Shown here: positions 54,467 through 64,000 of the stretch, in pieces
Layout: each line of letters opens with the position of its first letter
How positions within the stretch are numbered: position 1 is the stretch's first letter
Assembly (NCBI GenBank): GCA_016432365.1
Contig: CP066686.1
Coordinates: 410,906-474,905, forward strand
Length of the DNA stretch: 64,000 nucleotides
Origin: Candidatus Woesebacteria bacterium
GTDB taxonomy: Bacteria; Patescibacteriota; Microgenomatia; UBA8517
Direction of reading: 5' to 3'
Translations under genes and position numbers: made by a program
The notes under the pieces: generated by a model
What the model saw: the letters and a program-made list of their open reading frames with translations, nothing else
Told to the model about the DNA's origin: nothing
The model's database searches: none

Positions 54467-55996
54467 ATGAAAAAGTTTCTGAGAGATTGGAAATGGGTGA
54501 TATTGGCGGGAATTCTTATATTGGGTTTTGGTTTTGCACTCCGTATTTTCCACCTGACAATTATTCCAGTTTTTGCTGATGAGGCTATTTATATTCGTTG
54601 GAGCCAGATAATGGCTTCTGAGCCGACTCTGAGGTTCTTACCCCTCTCAGATGGAAAACAACCTCTATTTATGTGGATTTTGATGTTCTTCGTCAAGAAA
54701 GTAACGGACCCTCTTTTTGCCGGTAGACTTCTTTCCGCCGTCTCGGGGATTGGAAGCATGATCGGTATTTTTTTGCTGACCTATTATATTTTTAAATCAA
54801 AACTTAGTGCGCTTTTTGCTTCAATTTTTTGGGCAGTTTCTCCGGTAACGTTATTTTTTGACAGGATGGCCCTCGTTGACTCGATGCTAACCTGTTTTGG
54901 AATATGGACGCTTTATTTGGGTCTAATTGTTGCTGACACAAAAAGGCTCGATATGGCTATGATTTTGGGGTTTGTATTGGGTTTTGCCGGACTTACAAAG
55001 TCTCCGGCCTTATTTTTTGCAGCACTCATTCCTGTCTGTGTGATTCTGCTCAAAAAACCGAAGGACGTTTTTAAATACGCAGGTCTTTTGGGTGTTGCCT
55101 ATGTTATCGCTTTCGGAATGTATAACATTCAGCGCCTTGGGCCAAATTTTGGAATGTTATCATCCCGCACATCTGATTATGTTTTTCCGTTATCGAGAAT
55201 ATTAGTTTATCCAACCGATCCTATTCGATATAATTTGCCTACTACTCTCAATTGGTTAGTCGCAATGGGGCCTGTCGGTCTCCTTCTTTTGGCCATTATT
55301 GGTATTGCGATAAATTTTAGGAAACAGACGAAACATATATTGATATTGTGTGTATGGTTTATTGCGCCACTTATTTATGAAGCAGAATTTAGCAAGAGTT
55401 TCATTTTGAGATACATCCTTTTTTTACTTCCGCCACTCTATATACTTGCCGCCTCAGCATTTAGTAATCTTGCCAATAGGTGGAAATATTTAGTTGCAAT
55501 TTTTCTTGCGGCTTTCTTTTTACAAGCCGGTATATTTGATTACTTTTTACTTGTCAGTCCGCAAAGGGCAAATTTTCCTGCTCGTGAAAGATCCGGATAT
55601 TTCCAGGAATGGACGTCGGGGATTGGAATAAAAGAATCGGCAGATTATATCAGAAATATACATAATCTAAACCCCGGACAACAAATAGTTGTAGGAACTG
55701 AGGGATATTTCGGTACGCTCCCTGATGGCTTTGCAATGTATGTGCAAGATTTGTCGAATGTCATAGTTGTGGGAACAGGACTTGCAATAAATAAAATCCC
55801 TCAACCCCTAGTTGAGGCCAAAAAGGCCGGGAACCCGACGTATTTTATAGTTAATAAATCAAGGCTTATTGTTGATCCTTCAAAATTGAACCTTAAGCTT
55901 ATCCAGGAATTTCCCAAGGAGCCGCGTGTTCCCGGAACAACTGAATTTTTACACAACGGACCACAAGATGCTCTTTATTTATTTGAACTGAAATAA
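54467..55996 (+). CDS. GT-C (ArnT/PMT_2-like) membrane glycosyltransferase.
   Basis: First-loop motif FADEAIYIRW and about 12 TM helices. Confidence 0.7.
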   Translation: MKKFLRDWKWVILAGILILGFGFALRIFHLTIIPVFADEAIYIRWSQIMASEPTLRFLPLSDGKQPLFMWILMFFVKKVTDPLFAGRLLSAVSGIGSMIGIFLLTYYIFKSKLSALFASIFWAVSPVTLFFDRMALVDSMLTCFGIWTLYLGLIVADTKRLDMAMILGFVLGFAGLTKSPALFFAALIPVCVILLKKPKDVFKYAGLLGVAYVIAFGMYNIQRLGPNFGMLSSRTSDYVFPLSRILVYPTDPIRYNLPTTLNWLVAMGPVGLLLLAIIGIAINFRKQTKHILILCVWFIAPLIYEAEFSKSFILRYILFLLPPLYILAASAFSNLANRWKYLVAIFLAAFFLQAGIFDYFLLVSPQRANFPARERSGYFQEWTSGIGIKESADYIRNIHNLNPGQQIVVGTEGYFGTLPDGFAMYVQDLSNVIVVGTGLAINKIPQPLVEAKKAGNPTYFIVNKSRLIVDPSKLNLKLIQEFPKEPRVPGTTEFLHNGPQDALYLFELK

Positions 55997-57477
55997 TGGA
56001 AAACGAACACGTAGACCCTACATCTGAGATCTCCTTAGAAACCGTTAAAGAACGTTCCATACGTGGTATTGTCGTTCTGACTGGCAGAACATTTTTGCTT
56101 CAGATAATTGGGCTTATTGCCCAACTGTTTTTGTTTGCGTATTTAGGTAAATACGAGTTTGGGGTTTTTGCAATAGTTAGTGCAATCATCAATTTTCTTG
56201 TTTATTTTTCCGACATTGGCCTGGCTGCCGCCCTTATTCAAAAAAAAGACAAGCCCACAGATTCTGATTTAAAGACAACATTCTTTATCCAACAATTACT
56301 GGTGCTTTCGATTATTGCAGCTGTTGTTTTGCTGTCACCATTTTTTGTTCAGAAATATTCGCTCAATCAGGATGGACAACTACTTTTGTATGCGCTCGCG
56401 ACATCTCTCTTTTTTTCGTCTTTGAAAAGCATTCCGTCGGTTCTTCTTGAACGGAAACTTGAATTTGTAAAACTTGTACTTCCTCAAATTCTGGAACAGG
56501 TTGTTTATAATGTTGTGCTGGTTTTATTTGCTATGAAAGGGTTTGGTCTCATGAGTTTTACATACGCGGTGCTATTGCGTGGAGTTGTTGGGGTGATAGC
56601 GATTTACATACTTCAACCTTGGATGCCGGGGATAGCTTTTTCAAGAAAAACATTAAGCGGATTATTTAAATTCGGAATTCCGTATCAGATTAATACTTTT
56701 CTCGCAACCTTCAAGGATGATGGAATGACATTGATTTTGGGTGGAATACTTGGTCCCGCCGGCGTAGGGATTCTTTCTTTTGCTCAGAAAATTTCCAGGC
56801 TTCCTCTAACATTTTTTATGGATACAGTGACTAGGGTTACTTTTCCTGCGTTTTCGCGTATGCAGGATGCAAAGATCGACTTGGAACGGAGTGTCACACG
56901 GTCCATTTTTTTTATTTGTCTTTTGGTATTTCCCAGTCTTGCCGGAATTTCAATTTTAGCGCCAATACTGGTTCGTGTTGTACCCAGATATAATCAATGG
57001 ATTCCGGCGCTTATCCCCATTATTTTTATTTCAATTAATTTTATGTTTGCAGCCGCAACCACCCAATTGACTAATTTATTAAATGCCATTGGTAAAATTA
57101 AGATCACATTCTATTTGATGATTATGTGGACAGTTCTTACGTGGGCTTTTATACCTATCCTTGCGATAAAGTTTAACGTTGTCGGGGCAGCTATTGGTTA
57201 TGCAATGGTCGGGGCATCCTCAGTCATTGCGATTTTTATTACTAAGAAATATGTAAATTTTTCTATTACAGATTCAATGATTAAACCCGCAATTGGGACT
57301 ATTGTTATGGGTATCGCACTTATAGTTTTACGTAGATTTTTATCGGTTAGCCTAGTTTCCATGGAAATCCTAACAGTTACAGGAATAGTTGTATATGGAA
57401 CCTCAATGATTTCGATGATGGGACTATCTCTTATTGAAGACGCTAGAAGAAGCTTCAAAACTATTTTTAACAAGTAA
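55996..57477 (+). CDS. Wzx-like polysaccharide/oligosaccharide flippase (MOP superfamily).
   Basis: 493 aa with 12-14 TM helices and the typical polysaccharide-biosynthesis-protein architecture. Lies within a glycosyltransferase cluster. Confidence 0.7.
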   Translation: MENEHVDPTSEISLETVKERSIRGIVVLTGRTFLLQIIGLIAQLFLFAYLGKYEFGVFAIVSAIINFLVYFSDIGLAAALIQKKDKPTDSDLKTTFFIQQLLVLSIIAAVVLLSPFFVQKYSLNQDGQLLLYALATSLFFSSLKSIPSVLLERKLEFVKLVLPQILEQVVYNVVLVLFAMKGFGLMSFTYAVLLRGVVGVIAIYILQPWMPGIAFSRKTLSGLFKFGIPYQINTFLATFKDDGMTLILGGILGPAGVGILSFAQKISRLPLTFFMDTVTRVTFPAFSRMQDAKIDLERSVTRSIFFICLLVFPSLAGISILAPILVRVVPRYNQWIPALIPIIFISINFMFAAATTQLTNLLNAIGKIKITFYLMIMWTVLTWAFIPILAIKFNVVGAAIGYAMVGASSVIAIFITKKYVNFSITDSMIKPAIGTIVMGIALIVLRRFLSVSLVSMEILTVTGIVVYGTSMISMMGLSLIEDARRSFKTIFNK

Positions 57478-57522
57478 AACTTCTAAGTCGCAGGGATCTA
57501 TGATTAGTGGTACAATTTAGCC

Positions 57523-58422
57523 ATGGCTTCGAAGATTTCGGTTGTAATTAATACACTAAACGAGGAGGAAAACCTTTCCCGCGCAATCCGTTCAGTTAAA
57601 GGGTTTGCAGATGAAATTGTAGTCGTTGATATGGAGTCTACGGATAAAACTGTTGAAGTGGCCAAAAAACTTGGTGCAAAGGTATTTCTTCATAAAAAAA
57701 CTGGATATGTAGAACCCGCCAGAAACTTCGCAATTAGTAAGACGATGAATAGTTGGATATTGGTATTGGACGCGGATGAGGAGATCCCGGAAAAACTTGC
57801 TGAAAAAATTACGCAAATTTTGAAGGAACCAAAAGCAGACTACTTCCGAATACCACGTAAAAATATTATTTTCGGCAAGTGGCTAAAACATTCAAGGTGG
57901 TGGCCGGATTATAACATTAGGCTTTTCAAAAAAGGATCTGTTTCCTGGAATGAGGTCATTCACGCCGTCCCTATGACACAGGGGGTTGGAGGAGAACTGG
58001 AAGCCATTGAGGGACTTTCGATAGTTCATCGCAATTACGATACGTTAGAACAATATGTCGAGAGAATGAATAGATATACTTCTCAGCACGCACTCCTTAA
58101 AGTAAATGAAGGTTACAAGTTTTCCTGGAAAGATATAATCACAAAACCATCAAACGAATTTTTCAGTAGATATTTTTTTGGTGAAGGATACAAAGACGGA
58201 TTACATGGTCTTTCTCTTTCTCTTCTTCAAGCTTTCTCCGAACTGGTAATGTACCTTAAAATCTGGCAAAACGAAAAATTTATGGAAAAAGATTTGAATA
58301 TTAGCGAGGTCAATTTGCTAATGCGCGACGAAGAAAAGGAACTTCATTATTGGCAGGGAGACTCTCAATTTAAAGAATCGGGAAAGTTAACCGATCGCAT
58401 TCGAAGAAAATTAAGGATTTAA
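57523..58422 (+). CDS. GT2 glycosyltransferase.
   Basis: ISVVINTLNEEENL, VVDMESTDKT, LDADEEIP (DxD-like). Confidence 0.75.
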   Translation: MASKISVVINTLNEEENLSRAIRSVKGFADEIVVVDMESTDKTVEVAKKLGAKVFLHKKTGYVEPARNFAISKTMNSWILVLDADEEIPEKLAEKITQILKEPKADYFRIPRKNIIFGKWLKHSRWWPDYNIRLFKKGSVSWNEVIHAVPMTQGVGGELEAIEGLSIVHRNYDTLEQYVERMNRYTSQHALLKVNEGYKFSWKDIITKPSNEFFSRYFFGEGYKDGLHGLSLSLLQAFSELVMYLKIWQNEKFMEKDLNISEVNLLMRDEEKELHYWQGDSQFKESGKLTDRIRRKLRI

Positions 58423-58423
58423 A

Positions 58424-59365
58424 ATGGCAAATAAACCCAAAGTATCGATAGTAATACTAACCTGGAATCAATGTGAGATGACTAAAAATCAACTTGCAGG
58501 GGTCGCCAAACTTGATGTAGCCGGTCTTGATGTGGAAATGATTGTTGTGGACAACGGATCAACTGACGCAACAATAGAGGAGCTAACCAAATTTGAACTT
58601 CCAAACATGAAATATAAATTTATCGAGACCGGTTCAAATCTGGGTTTTGCTGGCGGAAATAATATCGGAATAAAAGACGCGATCGAACGAGGTGCAGATT
58701 ATGTAATTTCGATGAATAATGATCTGATACTTGCCAAAGATATTTTAGTCAAGCTTGTTGAACTTGCGGGATCTGATAAAAAAATAGGCCTTATTGCCCC
58801 TAAAATGTATTTTGCCAAGGGCTTTGAATTCCACAAAAACAGATACAAAGAGTCGGAGTTGGGCAAGGTAATTTGGTATGCCGGAGGGGTTTTGGATAGG
58901 AACAATGTTTATTCCGAACATCGAGGGGTAGATGAAGTAGATCGTGGTCAATATGATGAAATCTGCGATACAGATTATGTAAACGGGGCTTGTTTCCTGA
59001 TTACTAAGGATTTGATTAAAAAAATAGGATTAATTGACGAAATATTTTTCTTATATTGGGAAGACGCTGACTATTCTGAAAAGGCCAGGCGTGCAGGGTT
59101 TAGGGTGATGTACACTCCGGAAACACACCTTTGGCATATGGTTTCGGTTAGCACCGGTAAAAGCGGGAGTCCATCGAACGACTACTTCATTATCAGAAAC
59201 CGGTTAATTTTTGGTTTAAGATATTCAAGTCTTAGGACAAAATTTGCGCTGTTTAGAGACAGTATCCACTTACTTTTTAGCGGACGCGAATGGCAAAAAA
59301 AAGGTGTCATTGATTTTTATTTGTGCAGATGGAAGTCGGGAAGATGGTTAAATCGTAAAAAATGA
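58424..59365 (+). CDS. GT2 glycosyltransferase (rhamnosyltransferase-like).
   Basis: VSIVILTWNQ, VVDNGSTDAT, SMNNDLIL. Confidence 0.8.
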   Translation: MANKPKVSIVILTWNQCEMTKNQLAGVAKLDVAGLDVEMIVVDNGSTDATIEELTKFELPNMKYKFIETGSNLGFAGGNNIGIKDAIERGADYVISMNNDLILAKDILVKLVELAGSDKKIGLIAPKMYFAKGFEFHKNRYKESELGKVIWYAGGVLDRNNVYSEHRGVDEVDRGQYDEICDTDYVNGACFLITKDLIKKIGLIDEIFFLYWEDADYSEKARRAGFRVMYTPETHLWHMVSVSTGKSGSPSNDYFIIRNRLIFGLRYSSLRTKFALFRDSIHLLFSGREWQKKGVIDFYLCRWKSGRWLNRKK

Positions 59366-60072
59366 AAACTTCAATCTCTGCAATTATTTTAAAAGGTGGA
59401 AAAATAGATGATCTACTTTATAGAAAGTGTTTGGATTCTCTTTCGTTTGTCGACGAAAAAGTTATTGTAGATACAAGTAAAATAAAAGGCAGCTTTGCCG
59501 ATTGGAGGAATTATGGAGCCAAAAAGGCAAAAAGTGACTGGCTTTTATATGTGGATATTGATGAGCAAGTCACCCCACCTCTTGCAAAAACTGTTTTGCA
59601 AGTTGTCACGTCTGACGACTTTTCCGGTTACGCAATACCAAGACGTAATATTTTTTTGGGGCACACGATGCGTTGGGGTGGGTGGTATCCGGATTATGTT
59701 TTAAGACTTATTAAAAAGGACAAATTAATCAGATGGGAGGGAGATCTTCATGAGCAGCCCAAAATCAAAGGCGAAATTTGTCATTTGAAATCTCCGCTAA
59801 TTCACAACAGTCATAGAAGTTTATCCGAGATGATAGAAAAAACCAATGAGTGGAGTGAGATTGAGGCAAGATTGTTATTCGATTCGGGGCACCCGAAAAT
59901 GAATTTTTTTAGATTTTTTACGGCTGGTTTTAGGGAGTTTTGGTATAGGGGGATTCGTAATCTGGGTTTTTTGGATGGAACTACCGGCGTGATCGAAACA
60001 ATTTATCAAACTTTTAGCAGACTGATTACATATTCAAAATTGTGGGAACTACAATTGAAATATACAAAATAA
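59362..60072 (+). CDS. GT2-like glycosyltransferase (short, LPS-core-type).
   Basis: ISAIILKGG ... WLLYVDIDEQV acidic motif. 236 aa. Confidence 0.5.
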   Translation: MKTSISAIILKGGKIDDLLYRKCLDSLSFVDEKVIVDTSKIKGSFADWRNYGAKKAKSDWLLYVDIDEQVTPPLAKTVLQVVTSDDFSGYAIPRRNIFLGHTMRWGGWYPDYVLRLIKKDKLIRWEGDLHEQPKIKGEICHLKSPLIHNSHRSLSEMIEKTNEWSEIEARLLFDSGHPKMNFFRFFTAGFREFWYRGIRNLGFLDGTTGVIETIYQTFSRLITYSKLWELQLKYTK

Positions 60073-60102
60073 TAAATCAAATAGCAAAGATATAAATAAA
60101 AT

Positions 60103-60459
60103 ATGCAAAAGGAAGAATTTAAAAAGAGAGTTTATAAATTCGTTTTAAGGTTAATTAAATTTATTGGAACATTGGATTTAAAAGACGTTGTTTGTAGAGT
60201 AATTGCAGATCAACTTACCAGGAGTGGAACGAGCATTCTCTCGAACTATATTGAAGGATATTCTTCAAGTTCAAGAAAAGAATTTATCAACTATTTTGCA
60301 ATTTCTTTGAAATCGGCAAATGAAAGCAAAGTATGGTTAGCGCTTCTCAGAGATAGTGGCAAGTGTGAAAAAAGCGAAGCGAACTATCTTTTAGAGGAGC
60401 TTGAAGAGATCTCAAAAATATTTGGTGCAAGTATTCTTACACTAAAAGGCAAGAGATAA
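60103..60459 (+). CDS. Four-helix-bundle protein (23S rRNA intervening-sequence protein family).
   Basis: 118 aa; the pattern YKF...L.KF.......D...Q..RS..SI..NI.EG matches that family. Confidence 0.5.
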   Translation: MQKEEFKKRVYKFVLRLIKFIGTLDLKDVVCRVIADQLTRSGTSILSNYIEGYSSSSRKEFINYFAISLKSANESKVWLALLRDSGKCEKSEANYLLEELEEISKIFGASILTLKGKR

Positions 60460-60514
60460 TTTTTGATTTTCAATATGTATTTTTACTATTTAATATTTAA
60501 TATTTTATTTTAAT

Positions 60515-61555
60515 ATGATGAGGGCGGCAATATATAATCCATATCTCGATACTTTAGGTGGTGGTGAAAGATACACGGCATCTTTTATAAAAGTTCTTTT
60601 GAACTCCGGCTGGAAAGTGGATATTGAATGGAATGATTCTTCAATAACAACTTCAATGCATGATAGATTTGGGATAGATCTAAGGGGTCTGGAAGTGGTG
60701 AAAGATATAAAAAGAGGAGACGGCTACGATTTGTGTTTTTGGGTATCTGACGGCAGCATTCCCACATTAAGATCCAGAAAAAACATTCTTCATTTTCAAG
60801 TTCCGTTTCATAATATTGGAGGAAACAACCTTCTTAATAAAATGAAACTTTTTCGTATAGAGGAAGTTATTTGTAACTCCGGGTTTACAAAGAAAATTAT
60901 CGACAAAGAATATGGAGTTGAGAGTACGGTTGTTTATCCACCCGTTGATGTCGATCATATAAAATCTAAAAGAAAAGAAAATTTAATTTTATTTGTAGGT
61001 AGGTTCTCTCAATTGAAACAAAATAAAAATCAGGATATTTTGATTGCAACATTCAAAAAGCTAGTTGACCTTGGACTTAGGGACTGGAGGTTGATCCTCG
61101 CCGGAGGAATCGAAATAGGAGTTACCGACTATCTCAGAAGTATGGAAAAATCGTCAGAAGGTTATCCCATTGAGATTTTAAAAAGCCCCGATTTTACAAC
61201 ACTTAGAGACCTTTATGGGAAGGCAAGGATTTTTTGGTCTGCATCCGGTTTTGGTGAGGATGAAGAAAAAAATCCCGATAAAGTCGAGCATTTCGGAATA
61301 ACAGTAGTTGAGGCCATGTCGGCTGGTGCGGTTCCTATTGTTTTTAATGCCGGCGGGCATAGGGAAATTATTAAAGATGAAGATAATGGGTTTTTGTGGG
61401 AATCTACTGGCCAACTCGTAAAGATTACAGACAGAATTATTAAAGATAAAGGTTTTTACTCTGCTGTTTCAAAAAAAGCTAAAGATGATTCTAATTTTTT
61501 TTCGTTCACTCAATTTGAGAAGAAAATCCTCCTCCTTACATCATCTGGCTTTTAG
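60515..61555 (+). CDS. GT4-family (GT-B fold) glycosyltransferase.
   Basis: C-terminal block EHFGITVVEAMSAGAVPIVFNAGG (E-x7-E motif region). Confidence 0.75.
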   Translation: MMRAAIYNPYLDTLGGGERYTASFIKVLLNSGWKVDIEWNDSSITTSMHDRFGIDLRGLEVVKDIKRGDGYDLCFWVSDGSIPTLRSRKNILHFQVPFHNIGGNNLLNKMKLFRIEEVICNSGFTKKIIDKEYGVESTVVYPPVDVDHIKSKRKENLILFVGRFSQLKQNKNQDILIATFKKLVDLGLRDWRLILAGGIEIGVTDYLRSMEKSSEGYPIEILKSPDFTTLRDLYGKARIFWSASGFGEDEEKNPDKVEHFGITVVEAMSAGAVPIVFNAGGHREIIKDEDNGFLWESTGQLVKITDRIIKDKGFYSAVSKKAKDDSNFFSFTQFEKKILLLTSSGF

Positions 61556-61580
61556 TCTTTACGTAGGCTAAAATCAGGGT

Positions 61581-62486
61581 ATGGATAGCAAAAACTTCAC
61601 GGTTTCTGTCGTTATACCAAGCTATAACGGTGAAAAATTGATCGAAAAAAACCTTCCCAAAGTTTTAGCTGCAAAGGCCAATCCCAAAAATCAAATAAAA
61701 GAAATAATAATCGTCGACGACGGTTCGATCGATGCAAGTGTAACTTTAATAAAAACGAAATTCCCTTCAGTAAAACTCATTAAGCATACTAAAAATCGTG
61801 GTTTTTCTGCGGGGGTGAATACGGGTGTAAGGGCTTCTAAAGGGAATTTAATATTGCTTCTAAATACGGATGTTTTACCCGAAAACAACTTTCTTGAACC
61901 TGTTTTTAAGCATTTTATGGACGCACGGACTTTCGCAGTTTCTCTACACGAAAAGGGATACGGTTGGGCTAGAGGATATTTTTCTGAAGGATATATTCAA
62001 CTTGGAATGGGGGAGGAAGGTAACTCCGTGCATTCGAGTTTTTACGTAAGTGGGGGGAGTGGAGTTTTTAGAAGAAGTTTGTGGGTTGAACTAGGGGGTA
62101 TGGACGAAAAATTGCTTTCTCCTTTTTATTGGGAAGATATAGACATATGTTATAGAGCGGCAAAACGGGGATATTTGAACCTTTGGGAACCCGACGGGCA
62201 TGTGGTACACAACCACGAATCTACAATCAGTAAATTTTCCAAGTCCTATGTTCAAAAAGTTCGTGAGCGGAACCAACTTTTAATGTTATGGAAAAATATA
62301 CATTCAAAAAATTTGATTAGAAAACACATTGCCGGCCTTTTTATGCGGCTTATCAAGCACCCCGGTTATATAAGAGTAATACTTATGGCTTTGGGACGAA
62401 TAGGGATCGCAATTAAAGCTCGAAAGAAAGAAATTAAAGAGAGTAAAGTTTCCGACGAGGCAGTTTTCTCAAAATTCACAGGTTAA
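61581..62486 (+). CDS. GT2 glycosyltransferase.
   Basis: VSVVIPSYNGEKLI, VDDGSIDAS, NTDVLP. Confidence 0.8.
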   Translation: MDSKNFTVSVVIPSYNGEKLIEKNLPKVLAAKANPKNQIKEIIIVDDGSIDASVTLIKTKFPSVKLIKHTKNRGFSAGVNTGVRASKGNLILLLNTDVLPENNFLEPVFKHFMDARTFAVSLHEKGYGWARGYFSEGYIQLGMGEEGNSVHSSFYVSGGSGVFRRSLWVELGGMDEKLLSPFYWEDIDICYRAAKRGYLNLWEPDGHVVHNHESTISKFSKSYVQKVRERNQLLMLWKNIHSKNLIRKHIAGLFMRLIKHPGYIRVILMALGRIGIAIKARKKEIKESKVSDEAVFSKFTG

Positions 62487-62487
62487 T

Positions 62488-63321
62488 ATGTATATCGAGC
62501 TTTCCATAATTATCGTTAATTTAAATACTAAGGACCTCACAATCGGATGTATTAGGTCCATCGAAAAAGAAGCAAAAAATATTTCTTTTGAGGTACTTTT
62601 GACAGACAATGGCAGTAATGATGGTTCGGTTGAAGCCTTTAAAAAAATAAAGGAAGAGAAGTATTGGAAAAAACGCTTCACCTTAATTTTAAATGACAGC
62701 AATACCGGTTATGCAAAAGCGAACAATCAGGGAATAAGGCGCGCAAAAGGAAAATATATATTTCTTTTGAATAACGATACGGTGGTTCACAAAGAGGCTC
62801 TTCAAAATCTACTAAAATTTGTAAAAAACACTCCGGATGCCGGAGTTGTCGGGTCGCGACTTCTTAACATCGACGGCAGTTTACAAATGTCTTGTTTTAA
62901 TTTTCCGACCATAACGAACGCTGTGAAGGAGTATTGGTTGGGACAAAAGGGACTATTTGAGAAATTCGCTCCGCGCGGTAAAGATCCTGTTGCGGTCGAT
63001 TCGGTAGTTGGGGCTGCATTTTTAATAACACCTGTGGCTAAAAAACGGGTCGGAATCTTAGACGAACGTTATTTTGCCTATTTCGAAGATATTGATTATT
63101 GTCGACAGACATGGAAACAGGGGTTAAAGGTCTATTATCTTCCGAATTCTGTAATTACCCATTATCACGGGGCCACATTTAAAAAGTTGGGAGACGAGTC
63201 AATTCGTTGGAGGAAATTAATTCCTTCCAGTAAAATCTACCATGGTTTTTTTAAACATTACGTTATAAACGCAATACTTTGGGCGGGACAAAAATGGCAA
63301 AAAATATTTCAAAAAAATTAA
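62488..63321 (+). CDS. GT2 glycosyltransferase.
   Basis: LSIIIVNLNTKDL, LTDNGSNDGS, LNNDTVV. Confidence 0.8.
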   Translation: MYIELSIIIVNLNTKDLTIGCIRSIEKEAKNISFEVLLTDNGSNDGSVEAFKKIKEEKYWKKRFTLILNDSNTGYAKANNQGIRRAKGKYIFLLNNDTVVHKEALQNLLKFVKNTPDAGVVGSRLLNIDGSLQMSCFNFPTITNAVKEYWLGQKGLFEKFAPRGKDPVAVDSVVGAAFLITPVAKKRVGILDERYFAYFEDIDYCRQTWKQGLKVYYLPNSVITHYHGATFKKLGDESIRWRKLIPSSKIYHGFFKHYVINAILWAGQKWQKIFQKN

Positions 63322-63389
63322 TAGTCATCCTTTTAATTTTTCTTATTTCCCCAACATTTTTTAAGCTACTTCAGCCTGGCTTTTTTCCT

Positions 63390-64000
63390 ATGCAGGACGA
63401 TTTGCAAGCCTTTCGTGTATATGAAATGGACAAGTGTTTTACCGATCTTCAAATTCCTTGCCGTTGGGTTCCGGATGCGGGGTATGAATATGGCTATCCG
63501 CAGTTCAACTTTTACCCACCTTTGCCGTACTACCTCGGTGCTGGATTGCACAGGGTGGGTATTCAGTATATTGACACCGTTAAGATTCTTTTTATTTTAG
63601 GTTACATACTTTCGGCAGTCACAATGTTTGTCCTGATTGCTGAGATGTTTGGTGTATGGGCGGGGATGGTGGCATCACTTCTCTATACATATATTCCTTA
63701 TAAAGCGGTCGAGGTTTATGTAAGGGGGGCTCTTAGCGAATTTTGGGCTCAAATATTTTTCCCTCTAATTTTGTGGGCAATATACAAACTTGTTAAAACC
63801 GGAAAAATAAAATATCTAATCTGGTTTGCTTTTGCCTCCGCTGCGCTTGCAACGACACACACTTTGATGACTATGGTTTTTGTACCGATCGCCGTCGTCT
63901 GGGCCATTTATTGGTTGATACGGAAAAAATGGGGAAACTGGACTAAAGTTATGTGGGGGGGGATTCTGGGTTTTGGGCTTTCAGCTTTTTTCATTCTCCC
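63390..64000 (+). CDS. Partial polytopic membrane protein (C-terminus beyond window), paralog of the N-terminal module of 47194-50310.
   Basis: Open frame from 63322 to the window end. First ATG at 63390 (MQDDLQAFRVYEMDKC...RWVPD...FNFYPPLPYY). Not in the ORF track because there is no stop codon inside the window. Confidence 0.45.
   Translation, partial: MQDDLQAFRVYEMDKCFTDLQIPCRWVPDAGYEYGYPQFNFYPPLPYYLGAGLHRVGIQYIDTVKILFILGYILSAVTMFVLIAEMFGVWAGMVASLLYTYIPYKAVEVYVRGALSEFWAQIFFPLILWAIYKLVKTGKIKYLIWFAFASAALATTHTLMTMVFVPIAVVWAIYWLIRKKWGNWTKVMWGGILGFGLSAFFIL

Noticed and set aside
1-64000. CRISPR arrays, tRNA/rRNA genes, transposase or integrase genes
   Set aside because: No short regularly spaced direct repeats were seen. 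No tRNA-like cloverleaf candidates were noticed in intergenic regions. No ORF shows DDE transposase or tyrosine/serine recombinase motifs. The direct repeats at 6465/8506 therefore have no linked recombinase in this window.

Overview
This is a low-GC bacterial window of roughly 35-40% GC by eye, except for an 8-kb higher-GC block. Gene content and promoter style suggest a small-genome bacterium such as a CPR/Patescibacteria-type organism. That taxonomic call is an inference, not verified. From 5' to 3' the window holds the following. (1) A minus-strand partial gene for a large protein carrying a Pol-beta-type nucleotidyltransferase motif, followed by a two-gene minus operon of small unknown proteins; all three share an unusual promoter upstream element. 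(2) A SAM methyltransferase, secA, and a small GNAT-like gene. (3) A two-gene block bracketed by about 115-bp near-identical direct repeats, containing a DUF457/YdjM-like hydrolase and a 438-aa unknown. (4) An EamA transporter, an FKBP isomerase, and a divergently arranged cluster of unknowns that includes a protein with eukaryotic-protein-kinase-like catalytic motifs. (5) A DedA-family protein, tgt and a LytR_C protein. (6) A higher-GC island at about 17.2-25.46 kb. It encodes a zinc-ribbon membrane protein, a lipoprotein with a von Willebrand A domain, a possible paralog of that protein's N-terminal domain, a candidate XpaC/TelA pair, tandem membrane paralogs and structured intergenic repeat elements. 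(7) prfB, ftsE, ftsX and a PcsB-like coiled-coil peptidase. (8) Sugar-nucleotide genes: galE, galU, rfbB with a C-terminal Nudix-like extension, rfbC and rfbD. (9) trmD. (10) A glycosylation locus of about 24 kb with many GT2 and GT-C ArnT-like membrane glycosyltransferases, a Wzx flippase, GT4, nrnA, DUF35, an MFS transporter and a four-helix-bundle protein. No rRNA, tRNA or CRISPR array was recognised. Many genes sit 6-13 nt downstream of an extended -10 box (TGnTAnAAT), which implies leaderless mRNAs. All functional calls come from motifs and architecture read by eye in the translations, with no database search.
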